64,000 nt of DNA from Minisyncoccota bacterium (lineage in GTDB: Bacteria > Patescibacteriota > Minisyncoccia > Phycocordibacterales > UBA1550): positions 27,577 through 91,576 of the forward strand of contig JALNYL010000002.1 in the NCBI GenBank assembly GCA_023229865.1. Direction: 5' to 3'. The notes beneath the pieces were generated by a model, which saw only the letters and a list, made by a program, of their open reading frames with translations, did not search any database and had not been told where the DNA came from. Each line of letters opens with the position of its first letter. Within the stretch, counting starts at the first letter, position 1. Positions 27,303 to 36,358 of the stretch are shown here, one piece after another. Both the position numbers and the translations under genes were made by a program.

Positions 27303-28916
27303 ATGTTAAAAAACCTAGTGAGCAAAATTCTTAAAGGCGATATCCCCAGCCCGAGTATCCCACAGTGGATTGCAGGGTTCACGGTTATTGTAATAATCCG
27401 CGCATTTCTTGAGATAAACGCAAACCCCCAAAATGCAGTTATTGGGATTGAAAACAGCAGCCGTGTTCATTTTGTTATTTTCTTTGCGCTCATTACTCTT
27501 TTATTTGCTCTTACTGTATCTATTTTTGCAAAACAACGAGGGAACACCGTTATCAACCTCGCCCTCTATGGGCTTCCGATTATCTTCATTGCCCCCATCG
27601 CGGACATTATGATTAGTGGGGGAAAAGGAGCTCATATGAGTTTTATTTTTGACACTGGATCAAAGCTTTTTAATGATTTTCTTCTTTTTGGAGGGGTAGG
27701 AAATGGGGCAAGCACAGGGATGCAGATTGAGGTGCTCCTGATTTTATCTGCCATTGGGTGGTATGTGTGGGCAAAAACAAAAAAGATTATGCTTGCGATT
27801 GGAGCAGTGCTTTCGTCATACACACTTCTTTTTATCGTTGCCGCTCTCCCAAGTGTTCTTTATATGATATCAGCATTAGGACAAGACGGGGCACTTGCGA
27901 CATACTCATATGATTTTATAGAAAAATCTGTAGTCGCATCAAATATCCCTACAAATATTCTCAATGAGGCACTCTCTTACCCGTCTCCAGCAAGACTTAT
28001 TACCCTCGGGACAACCGCTCTTTTTTCTCAAACACTTTTTATTCTTCTCTTTGTAGTTGGACTCGCTTGGTTTTGGTATGCACACTCAAGAATAGCAAAA
28101 GTTATTTTCAAGAATATCCGCACGTCGCGAATATTACTTGGGCTTGGACTTATCGCCCTCGGGGCATTTACCGCACACAGCGTGTTCTCTGTTGTGTTCA
28201 CGTGGGTTGATTGGGTTAGTCTCGCTGTTTTGGAAATCTCGTGGTTTGGCGCTTGTATGTATGCAATACACGTAAACGATATTGCCGACATAGAAATCGA
28301 CAAAATATCAAGCCCCGAAAGACCACTTCCAAAAGGAGATATCTCGATCAAGGAGATGCACGATATCGGTCTTGTGTGGCTTATCCTCTCTCTTGTTGGG
28401 GCATATCTTGTGGGATACCACGCATTCTTTATGAGCACTATTTTTACCAGTGCTTACTATCTCTACTCAGCACAGCCTCTTCGTCTCAAGCGCATACCAG
28501 TACTTTCTTCATTCCTTATTTCCATTGCGGTCCTCGTAACATTCCTTGCGGGATTCTTCTTTGCGTCTCCCGACAAATCAATCACAGAATTTCCCCTTCT
28601 TTACGCCCTTGGGATTATTATTGTTTTCACTCTTGGGGTTAACATCCGTGATATCAAAGACGTCGAGGGTGATCGCGCTGCAGGAATACAGACGCTCCCG
28701 GTAATTTTTGGGAAGCATGGGAGGCACATCGTTGGCGCACTTCTTGCTCTTAGTTTTATTTTGGCACCGCTCTTTCTTCCATTTTTCACTTCATACGCAG
28801 TGGCTATCCCTACAGCAATTGTCGGCTATTGGTTGTGTATAAAAAATCCATACGAAGAACATTATATTTTTATTCTCTTTTTCGTTTTCTGTGTTGCATC
28901 AATTCTTTTCCGTTAA
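27303..28916 (+). CDS. Polytopic membrane protein with C-terminal UbiA-family prenyltransferase domain
   Basis: ~14 predicted TM helices. NDIADIEIDKISSPERPLPKG is the UbiA Asp-rich NDxxDxxxD motif in the C-terminal half. The N-terminal half has no recognised domain. Start is at the ATG at 27303. Confidence 0.55.
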   Translation: MLKNLVSKILKGDIPSPSIPQWIAGFTVIVIIRAFLEINANPQNAVIGIENSSRVHFVIFFALITLLFALTVSIFAKQRGNTVINLALYGLPIIFIAPIADIMISGGKGAHMSFIFDTGSKLFNDFLLFGGVGNGASTGMQIEVLLILSAIGWYVWAKTKKIMLAIGAVLSSYTLLFIVAALPSVLYMISALGQDGALATYSYDFIEKSVVASNIPTNILNEALSYPSPARLITLGTTALFSQTLFILLFVVGLAWFWYAHSRIAKVIFKNIRTSRILLGLGLIALGAFTAHSVFSVVFTWVDWVSLAVLEISWFGACMYAIHVNDIADIEIDKISSPERPLPKGDISIKEMHDIGLVWLILSLVGAYLVGYHAFFMSTIFTSAYYLYSAQPLRLKRIPVLSSFLISIAVLVTFLAGFFFASPDKSITEFPLLYALGIIIVFTLGVNIRDIKDVEGDRAAGIQTLPVIFGKHGRHIVGALLALSFILAPLFLPFFTSYAVAIPTAIVGYWLCIKNPYEEHYIFILFFVFCVASILFR

Positions 28917-28922
28917 CCCTCT

Positions 28923-29705
28923 ATGATTCAAGCAAAAAAATCTCTCGGGCAAAACTTCCTCAACTCTAAAACAGTTGCGCGTGATATCGTGCGCGCAGCA
29001 TACCTCTCATCGTCTGACACCGTGCTTGAGATTGGTCCAGGGAAGGGGTTCCTCACATCAGAGCTTCTCGCATCGGGAGCGCATGTCATCGCTGTTGAAA
29101 AAGATGATCGCATGATTCCGCTTCTCTCGGAAAAATTTGCGGAGGAAATTGTGCAAAAAAAGTTTACTCTCATTCATGGGGATGTTCTCGAGGAGCTTGA
29201 GAAAAAAACTATTTCGCTTCCTGCTCAGTACAAACTTGTTGCAAATATTCCTTACTACCTTACCGGGCAAATCATTCGTACATTTCTTGAAGCAAAAAAC
29301 AAACCAATACAAATGGTTCTTATGGTTCAAAAAGAAGTAGCGACCCGCATCGTCGCACGCGACAAAAAAGAAAGCATTCTCTCAATCGCCGTAAAAGCCT
29401 TTGGCGACCCAAAGCTCATCAAAAAAGTTCCTGCGCGTTATTTCACCCCTGCACCAAAAGTAGACTCTGCAGTACTCTCTATTGAAAACATATCTGGGAA
29501 AAACTTCCCCACAAAAAAATCAGAGGAAAGATTTTTTGAAATCGTCCGCACTGGATTCGCACACAAAAGAAAAGTTCTCTCAGGAAACCTGAAAGAACTT
29601 TTTAGCGATGAAACTATCGAGATTCTTGCTTCTGCAAACATTAAAGACAAGACCCGCGCAGAAAATCTTGTTCTCAAGGACTGGCTCACGCTTTCAAAAA
29701 GCTAA
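28923..29705 (+). CDS. rsmA: 16S rRNA (adenine1518/1519-N6)-dimethyltransferase RsmA/KsgA
   Basis: LGQNFLNS..VLEIGPGKGFLT SAM-binding motif. NIPYY catalytic motif. Confidence 0.85.
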   Translation: MIQAKKSLGQNFLNSKTVARDIVRAAYLSSSDTVLEIGPGKGFLTSELLASGAHVIAVEKDDRMIPLLSEKFAEEIVQKKFTLIHGDVLEELEKKTISLPAQYKLVANIPYYLTGQIIRTFLEAKNKPIQMVLMVQKEVATRIVARDKKESILSIAVKAFGDPKLIKKVPARYFTPAPKVDSAVLSIENISGKNFPTKKSEERFFEIVRTGFAHKRKVLSGNLKELFSDETIEILASANIKDKTRAENLVLKDWLTLSKS

Positions 29706-30157
29706 ATATTTGTGGTAGCAGCCCCAAGAGATGTGCCGTATTGGAGAATGGTACCCATTGCTGGTGGCATTGAATAACAAGGCTCTCCAAGCATCATACA
29801 TCCAGCGCCAACTCCTGTAGAGTATGAACCCACCAACCATGGACCCGACGGTGTATTTACCCATGTATCTCCCTCAAAAGAGCCATTTGTCCCCCAAATA
29901 TCATAGTATTGAAAAGGCTCACTCAAAGCTTCCGTAAGAAGAAACTCTCCACCAGTCGGAGGCCCAAGAGAAACATAATAAGTTGGAAGCGTGGAACAAG
30001 TGCAGACAGTAACCGAAGCAACGTAACCACCAAAACCAAGCATTCCGAGAGCCTCACTCTTTTTCGCCTGAAATACGAGGGTCCCCACAGTCGCAGCGAC
30101 GAGGAAAATTGCGATAAGCAAGATTTTATATTTTTTAACAAAACTAAGTGCTTTCAT
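29702..30157 (-). CDS. Hypothetical secreted/membrane-anchored Cys-containing protein
   Basis: 151 aa. N-terminal TM/signal ILLIAIFLVAATVGTLVF. G/S/T-rich. Confidence 0.4.
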   Translation of the reverse strand: MKALSFVKKYKILLIAIFLVAATVGTLVFQAKKSEALGMLGFGGYVASVTVCTCSTLPTYYVSLGPPTGGEFLLTEALSEPFQYYDIWGTNGSFEGDTWVNTPSGPWLVGSYSTGVGAGCMMLGEPCYSMPPAMGTILQYGTSLGAATTNI

Positions 30158-30207
30158 TTCTTTAATTATTTCACACTATAGCACCATTAACAACCATTTT
30201 CTCAAAA

Positions 30208-31158
30208 CTACAGTGCGAGATTGAGTTTCCCCATATTACTTACTCCGTTTTCGTTAAGGACACGTATTGATATTGAAAATGACTGCTTCGTTGCTTTTGG
30301 AGAAAATTTTACCGGAAAAGCATTTTGGGGGACAACAAACGAAACTGATGTCCCGTCCGCGGATGATACATTTTCAAAAAGCCCAATACCACTTACCATT
30401 ATCGTGTTATTGTTTTTAAGGAAACCAGAACCATGGATCACTACAGTATCTCCACGAGAAACAGTACCTAGTTCAGTCTTCTCTATTTTGGGCTCTGGAG
30501 AAACACCGTCTGTCACGATAAACCATTGTTCTTTATTGCTCTCTCCTCGAGCGTTTTTAACCGAAAGATTATAGAGACCTTTTGGGATTTCGGGGATCTT
30601 GAATGTAATTGATTGCCCGCTCTGCGAAGACGCTTTTATCACTGCGTGCTTGGTCCCAAAATATATAGTATTGTCATTCGTCGTAAAGCCGGCCCCCAAA
30701 ACAGTAATCATCGTTCCCGCCTTCCCTGAGTACTGAGAGGGGAACATTAGATACACTTTTCCTTGTTCTGTCGTAATTTGCGGAATCTCTTTTAGCGCTG
30801 TTGCGTCCGTCTTTTGAGAAGAAGTCAGCAATGCGCTTATTTTCTCTCGTGTTTTTGGGCCAAAAACTCCCGTACCTGATGTCAGCCCCACTGGGATAAG
30901 CACCTCATTGCGATATTTTTCTTGGAATTTTATAAGTGCGCGCTTTGTGGCTGATCCAAAATAATCAGTTTCGTTCCCCAAGGAGCCTGCCCCTGTCTCG
31001 GCAACCCGTGTTTGTGCATCAGAATTCAAAAATTTTTGAAGCGCGCGCACATCTTCTCCGTGCGTCCCCACAAAAAGCGTGCGCGTAAAATCATTAGTTG
31101 CGCCCAGGGCAGCAAAAGGGAAACACAAAATCGCAAGAAAAACTACATATCGTTTCAT
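30208..31158 (-). CDS. Secreted protein with peptidoglycan-binding (PG_binding_1-like) domain and Ig-like repeats
   Basis: Signal peptide MKRYVVFLAILCFPFAALG. GEDVRALQKFLN..GSATKRALIKFQEKY is the PG-binding helical repeat. Followed by IPT/Ig-like beta-rich repeats. Confidence 0.55.
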   Translation of the reverse strand: MKRYVVFLAILCFPFAALGATNDFTRTLFVGTHGEDVRALQKFLNSDAQTRVAETGAGSLGNETDYFGSATKRALIKFQEKYRNEVLIPVGLTSGTGVFGPKTREKISALLTSSQKTDATALKEIPQITTEQGKVYLMFPSQYSGKAGTMITVLGAGFTTNDNTIYFGTKHAVIKASSQSGQSITFKIPEIPKGLYNLSVKNARGESNKEQWFIVTDGVSPEPKIEKTELGTVSRGDTVVIHGSGFLKNNNTIMVSGIGLFENVSSADGTSVSFVVPQNAFPVKFSPKATKQSFSISIRVLNENGVSNMGKLNLAL

Positions 31159-31238
31159 TCTTAAAGAATACCACAGGAAGATAATTTTGTACTTGTGCAA
31201 AACTTCACTAGGCAAAAAGTTGGCAGGGGAGTATACTT

Positions 31239-33284
31239 TTGGGTATGGACTTACAAAATTTTTTACAAGATGAAAGAAAGAAGAAGATTTTAATTATTAG
31301 CGGAATTGTATTGTTTGTTGTTTTAGGTTCAATTTTTATTTTTAGTCGAAATAATCCTGCCCCCGTGGACACGACAGGAGATGGACAAACTCAGCTTTTG
31401 GACGACCTCGCAGGGATTGCACCAAGAGATGGGGTTGCTCAGGACCAAAATCGTCTCGTCGCACCACTTGTTAAGGTTTCAGCGGATGTCCCCGTCGTTG
31501 CCCCAGGACAGCCTTCTGTGATTTCTTGGAATGCAACCAACGCGACAAGCTGTGTCGACGGCAGTGGTAATGCTATCCGCACAAGTGGTAGTCTCTCTAT
31601 CACTCCTACAGAAAACTACACCATGGATGTGGTTTGCACCAACCCAAAGGGTACAACCATTGAGTCTATTACGGTTGCTGTTACAACGACACCCATCATT
31701 ACCCTCAGCGCATCTCCCGAATCAGTTCTTGCAGGAGAGCAATCTTTCATCTCGTGGAACACCGTCAACACCACTCGCTGCACCGACAGTGCAGGAAAAA
31801 CACTTCGTTTGAGCGGCGGTATGCCCGTTGTGATTTCAAAGCCTTACACCTTTGAAATTAACTGTTCTGGCCCAAATGGCACCGACAAGAAATCGATAAC
31901 GGTGGGAATTTCTACGGTAAAGACCACTGAAAGCGAGCTTAAATATGTCTGGGTATTTAAATCAAAAGCAACGGCGACAAGCGCCTCAAAAACGTCCACG
32001 TTCCAGACAAGCGCTGGCTGCCAATCTGCATATGAAAATTCGACCGCATACTCAAAAACAGCTTGTACAAAGGTTCCCGTTGGCACAGCTGGGTCGACCA
32101 CAGTAAACGATAGCAACTCCGGAGGAACAGTAGGAGGAGAAGAGATTCTTGTCTGTATCACCCTCAACCAAACCCTTGAGCTAAACTCAACGGACGCCAA
32201 CGCAAACGGCGAAGTAACGGTTCTCCAGAAATTCCTTAATCGCAAAGGGTTCTTGAGTGCCGCACCATCAGGAAATTTTGGAAGTCTCACCGAAGACGCG
32301 GTTAAGCAATTCCAGATTTCTGAGGGGATCCCTGCAACTGGCAAAGTTGACGCAGAAACAAAAGTTAAAATCAAAAGCGTAAGCTGTGCAGACGCCGAAG
32401 CCGCGGCAAAAAAACTCGCGGACGAAATTAACGCAGGGAAAAAAGAAAATGAAACTACAACCGTAGGAGAAGGAACTCTTGGCCCAAAAATTAAACTCAC
32501 AATGTCTCCTGACACCATTGGTTTTGGACAGACAGCAGTGCTCACCTGGGAAATTGCTGACGCAGTGAGCTGTATTGTAAAACCGCTAGGAGGCAGCGCA
32601 ATTGCTGTTGTCGCCGGGAAAACGAGAGTTCTCGAAGAAGGGAAAGCATTTGCGATTCCTGACGACACAGGATTTTCTGGATCATATAGCCTGAAATTGA
32701 ACGGGGCAGATCTTAGTGTTAAGTTTGAATTTAAATGTAGTGGAGCTGGAATCACCGCAACCAACCAGAAAACTCTTTATTGGGATACGGCATCTGCTTC
32801 TTTTACAGAAGCAGCAACAATAGACGATCTTGAAGCAAGTCCTACAGCCATCGCAGAAGCTGCAATAGGAGCAGAATCCGAAGTAAGTTGGACCGCCTAC
32901 AACGCAACGAGTTGTAAAGTTAGTGGCGATGCTTACACAAGAATCCTCACCGATAGTGGCGAGTGGAAATCTCTTAAGGGCCTTGCTTCAGCAGCACCAA
33001 CAACAGGAGTAGTGCGTATTAAGCCAGGATTTGAAGGTTCTCAGGTGCCATACCACTCAGAGCAGGTCACTACAACATGTCCACCATATAGTGGTGACGG
33101 AGGAGATTACTGTATTCCAACAACAAGCACCGTGACATCAGGTGACGGCGCGCGTAAGGGCAACGAGACAGCAGTGGTTACGGTCTCATGTACGGGACCT
33201 ATTAAACCAGATCCAAAACCAAAGTCTGTGGCGATAACCATTACTCCAACCCCTCCTCCTTCTGGCGGTGGTGGAGGTTGGTAA
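31239..33284 (+). CDS. Large cell-surface protein with repeated Ig-like domains and a central peptidoglycan-binding domain
   Basis: TM anchor near the N-terminus. At least three repeats of SxISWNxxNATxC..G. PG-binding-like GEVTVLQKFLNRKGF..EDAVKQFQISEGIPATGKVD. C-terminal PPPSGGGGGW. Terminator at 33298-33338. Confidence 0.55.
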   Translation: MGMDLQNFLQDERKKKILIISGIVLFVVLGSIFIFSRNNPAPVDTTGDGQTQLLDDLAGIAPRDGVAQDQNRLVAPLVKVSADVPVVAPGQPSVISWNATNATSCVDGSGNAIRTSGSLSITPTENYTMDVVCTNPKGTTIESITVAVTTTPIITLSASPESVLAGEQSFISWNTVNTTRCTDSAGKTLRLSGGMPVVISKPYTFEINCSGPNGTDKKSITVGISTVKTTESELKYVWVFKSKATATSASKTSTFQTSAGCQSAYENSTAYSKTACTKVPVGTAGSTTVNDSNSGGTVGGEEILVCITLNQTLELNSTDANANGEVTVLQKFLNRKGFLSAAPSGNFGSLTEDAVKQFQISEGIPATGKVDAETKVKIKSVSCADAEAAAKKLADEINAGKKENETTTVGEGTLGPKIKLTMSPDTIGFGQTAVLTWEIADAVSCIVKPLGGSAIAVVAGKTRVLEEGKAFAIPDDTGFSGSYSLKLNGADLSVKFEFKCSGAGITATNQKTLYWDTASASFTEAATIDDLEASPTAIAEAAIGAESEVSWTAYNATSCKVSGDAYTRILTDSGEWKSLKGLASAAPTTGVVRIKPGFEGSQVPYHSEQVTTTCPPYSGDGGDYCIPTTSTVTSGDGARKGNETAVVTVSCTGPIKPDPKPKSVAITITPTPPPSGGGGGW

Positions 33285-33368
33285 AATATTAGTTTCCTAA
33301 AGGTCCCCTCGGTATATACCGAGGGGACCTTTATTTTCACTCATAACAATGTGGTAAACTGAAACAAT

Positions 33369-34391
33369 ATGAAGAGAAAAATTCTATTCATGAGTTTCAT
33401 GATTTTTGCACTGCTCGTAATCGCAAGCACTCTCTTCGTGTTGCCATCTCGCAACAAAATTAATGTTGTCGAACAAGGAATAAATTATATCGACAGACAC
33501 CAACTAGAAAACGGGCTTATTCCTTACACTTTTTGTTTTGATAAAAAACTCAATGAAAATTGTAAGCAAGGGAGAAATTATTATATAACCGCGTCCACTG
33601 TTTATTCTTTGGATAAAATTAGAAAAAATTATTCAAACGACAAACTAGACGACATCGTTGCAAAAAGTATAGGGTTACTAGGGGTTAATATGCCTCAAAA
33701 TGGTCTCTGGAAGTATGTTCCCATTGATGAGGATGCTGATATTTCAAAAATAGATCCCGACATAGACGACACCGTCTTGATTTCTTTTGTCTTAAACAAA
33801 CACGGATACACAACCAATAATCGTGCCGCCATCAGAAACAATAGGGATGGCAATGGATTATTTTACGAGTGGATCAGAGCCAGCAAAATTAACAATGAAG
33901 TAGACCCCATCGTTAACACAAATGCGGCATTGTACCTAAACGACAAAGAAATAAATCGGGTGATTTGTTCCGCCCTCTCAGGTGCCATAAAGAAAAATGA
34001 GGAATTATCAACTCAATCATATTCTGACAATAATTATGCTTTATATTATGCAATTTCAAGAGCTTACACAGAGGGGATTGACTGTTTTGGTACCGAAAAA
34101 GATTTAATTATCAAAAAAATAACCGCTGATCAACAAAAAACGGGACAGATTGGAGAAAACGAATTTACCACAGCCTTGGCCCTCAACACCCTTCTTCGCT
34201 TTGGACATGGCGACAAAGATTTCTACAACAAATCTTTTAACTACCTATTTAAAGGACAGCAGGAAGACGGAGGATGGGAACTGTATCCCTTTTATTGCGA
34301 AACAAGAGCGATGGTGTGGTGCTCGGGAAGTCGCTCTTACGCAACTGCCGTCGCCCTCGAAGCAATCACTCATTATTATTTCAAAAAATAG
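33369..34391 (+). CDS. Secreted protein with prenyltransferase/terpene-cyclase-like (alpha/alpha toroid, QxxDGGW) repeats; AT-rich
   Basis: Signal/TM FMIFALLVIASTLFVLP. QQEDGGWELYPFY and NRDGNGLFYEW match the Q-x2-DGGW repeat class of PFTB/squalene-cyclase domains. Codon usage is visibly AT-richer than the neighbours. Confidence 0.4.
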   Translation: MKRKILFMSFMIFALLVIASTLFVLPSRNKINVVEQGINYIDRHQLENGLIPYTFCFDKKLNENCKQGRNYYITASTVYSLDKIRKNYSNDKLDDIVAKSIGLLGVNMPQNGLWKYVPIDEDADISKIDPDIDDTVLISFVLNKHGYTTNNRAAIRNNRDGNGLFYEWIRASKINNEVDPIVNTNAALYLNDKEINRVICSALSGAIKKNEELSTQSYSDNNYALYYAISRAYTEGIDCFGTEKDLIIKKITADQQKTGQIGENEFTTALALNTLLRFGHGDKDFYNKSFNYLFKGQQEDGGWELYPFYCETRAMVWCSGSRSYATAVALEAITHYYFKK

Positions 34392-34472
34392 TAATGCCCT
34401 GTGCAAAAAAGCCCTCTATTTACTGTATTTTAAATATATTCTCTGGTACAATAAATACGAGGACTGCATATT

Positions 34473-35252
34473 ATGAACCCACTAGCCTGGCAATTTAAAA
34501 AAATTTTTTCTGTTCTGTTTGCAATCCTCGTTGGGCTAGGCATTATTTTCTTTGCGTGGAAAAGCACCGTTGCTCTCCCTGCAGAAAACACCCCAGAAAG
34601 TGAGGGGGGTGAGTGGAGAGATTCTCTAAGTGTCGTCCCTCAGGCGAGCTCAACAAAAACACTCGGGGCAGCAACACGGGGGGCTGAAGCAACGACGACA
34701 ACAGGGATCATCGCCCGCGAGCTCATGACAAACTATCTCGTCGCTCAAGACGGCACACCGTCCACAATGAGCGACGAGGATGCAGAACTTTTTGCACAAA
34801 AAGTTCTGGATAAAGGCACGCCAAGTTCTTCAATAAAAGAGTATACTCAAAAAGATTTTGTAGTCGTAGGGGCAAGCACCTCGACAGTTTCGCTTTATCA
34901 AAAAGAAATATCTCAAGCGATGAACACTCTTATGAAAGAGAATTCATTCAATGAGCTCCTCGTTGTTTCTAAGGCTATCGAAACAGGGGACCCCTCGGGG
35001 CTCAAGTCTTTAGACGGGGCAATCTCTAGCTATCAAAAACTCCTCAGGTCGCTTCTTTCTATAAAAGTTCCTCAAACATCGATTGCGCTTCATGTATACG
35101 TCACTCAGAGTTATGCGACGATTCTTTCTGGGGTTATTGATATGCAGAAAATTATTTCTGACCCCGTTATTGGGCTGCAGGGAATCGCAAAATACAACAA
35201 AGGAGTAGATATGCTTTCCCAAAGCAAAACACCATCTTCAACTATTAAATAA
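34473..35252 (+). CDS. Hypothetical membrane-anchored protein
   Basis: 259 aa. N-terminal TM helix then a soluble domain. Directly abuts the next ORF (stop at 35252, ATG at 35253). Confidence 0.45.
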   Translation: MNPLAWQFKKIFSVLFAILVGLGIIFFAWKSTVALPAENTPESEGGEWRDSLSVVPQASSTKTLGAATRGAEATTTTGIIARELMTNYLVAQDGTPSTMSDEDAELFAQKVLDKGTPSSSIKEYTQKDFVVVGASTSTVSLYQKEISQAMNTLMKENSFNELLVVSKAIETGDPSGLKSLDGAISSYQKLLRSLLSIKVPQTSIALHVYVTQSYATILSGVIDMQKIISDPVIGLQGIAKYNKGVDMLSQSKTPSSTIK

Positions 35253-36350
35253 TTGACTTGTATGAACTATCACAAAAAAAACAAAGCGCTCGCATTTCTC
35301 CTCCTTTTTTCACTTTTAAGTAGCTCTCTTTTTGTTCCTCAAGGTACCCGCGCAGCGACAACCTCTGGTTCTGCTTCGATTGACTGTGCAGAAGTAACAA
35401 CACTTGGGACAGAGATTCAAACAGTCGTCCAGGAGTGGGTAGCAGCAGCAGCGACAGAGATGGGAGCAAACGTAACATCTGTTCCTGTCCAAAACCCAGG
35501 GGCTGATACTTCAACAGCAGAAACCGCAGGGCAGACGACAGGCGAAACGACATGGCAGACGACAATAAAGGGCTTTTTAGATTGTGTTGTTTATAAAGCT
35601 GGGCAAATTGCTCTCGACAAACTCACCGATCAAACTATTACTTGGATCAAGGGGGGGATGAACGGGTCTCCTTATTACGCAATCGACCCTGCCCAATTTG
35701 AGCAAGACCTTATTGGTGCAGTTGCAGGCAATCTCTCTGCTCAAATCCGAGGACTTGAGCTTTGCGAATTCGACACAATGTTCAAAAACGACCTTGCCAA
35801 CTGGCTCGTCGTAGGGTCAACGGGGAACGCTGATTTAAAGTTTCAAAAAACCGTTGCCTGCCCATTTAAACAAATTAATGCTTCAGAGTTTTATAGTGGA
35901 GCGCAGGCCTTTACTTGGCAATACTTCGAGACGGCTCTCAATGATAGTGGTAATCCATTTGGAGTTTCCGTAGTTGCACAAAATGAATACACCAAGCAAC
36001 AAGCAGCGGAAGCAGCAAGGGCAAAACAACAACTTGATTGGGGCCAGGGATTCTTGAGTGTTGTAGACACAAGCGACTGTCAGTGGCCAGACGACATGAC
36101 AGAACAAGCGGTGGTGAATGGCGCCTCGTACAACGACGAGGGGGCAACACTTTCTGAGACAGAAATCGCCGCATATCAGCGAGCGTACTGCAAAAAAGTC
36201 ACCCCCGCACAACTCATCCAGAGCCAACTCACCAAATCAACAGAGAGTGAGTGGGATCGCCTTGGTTTTGCTGACAACCTCAACAAGATCATTAGTGCCT
36301 TTGTTACAAAAGTTTCTAATGACGCCGTAAAAGGTATTTTCAAAAAGTAA
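35253..36350 (+). CDS. Hypothetical secreted protein (T4SS-like cluster)
   Basis: 365 aa. Signal peptide ALAFLLLFSLLSSSLFVPQGTRA. Cys-containing soluble protein. 8-nt gap to the VirB6-like gene. Confidence 0.45.
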   Translation: MTCMNYHKKNKALAFLLLFSLLSSSLFVPQGTRAATTSGSASIDCAEVTTLGTEIQTVVQEWVAAAATEMGANVTSVPVQNPGADTSTAETAGQTTGETTWQTTIKGFLDCVVYKAGQIALDKLTDQTITWIKGGMNGSPYYAIDPAQFEQDLIGAVAGNLSAQIRGLELCEFDTMFKNDLANWLVVGSTGNADLKFQKTVACPFKQINASEFYSGAQAFTWQYFETALNDSGNPFGVSVVAQNEYTKQQAAEAARAKQQLDWGQGFLSVVDTSDCQWPDDMTEQAVVNGASYNDEGATLSETEIAAYQRAYCKKVTPAQLIQSQLTKSTESEWDRLGFADNLNKIISAFVTKVSNDAVKGIFKK

Positions 36351-36358
36351 TCACATAA

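Noticed and set aside
31844-32764. 306-aa minus-strand ORF
   Set aside because: Antisense to the Ig-repeat surface protein gene. Lacks any motif. The sense frame has coherent domain repeats.
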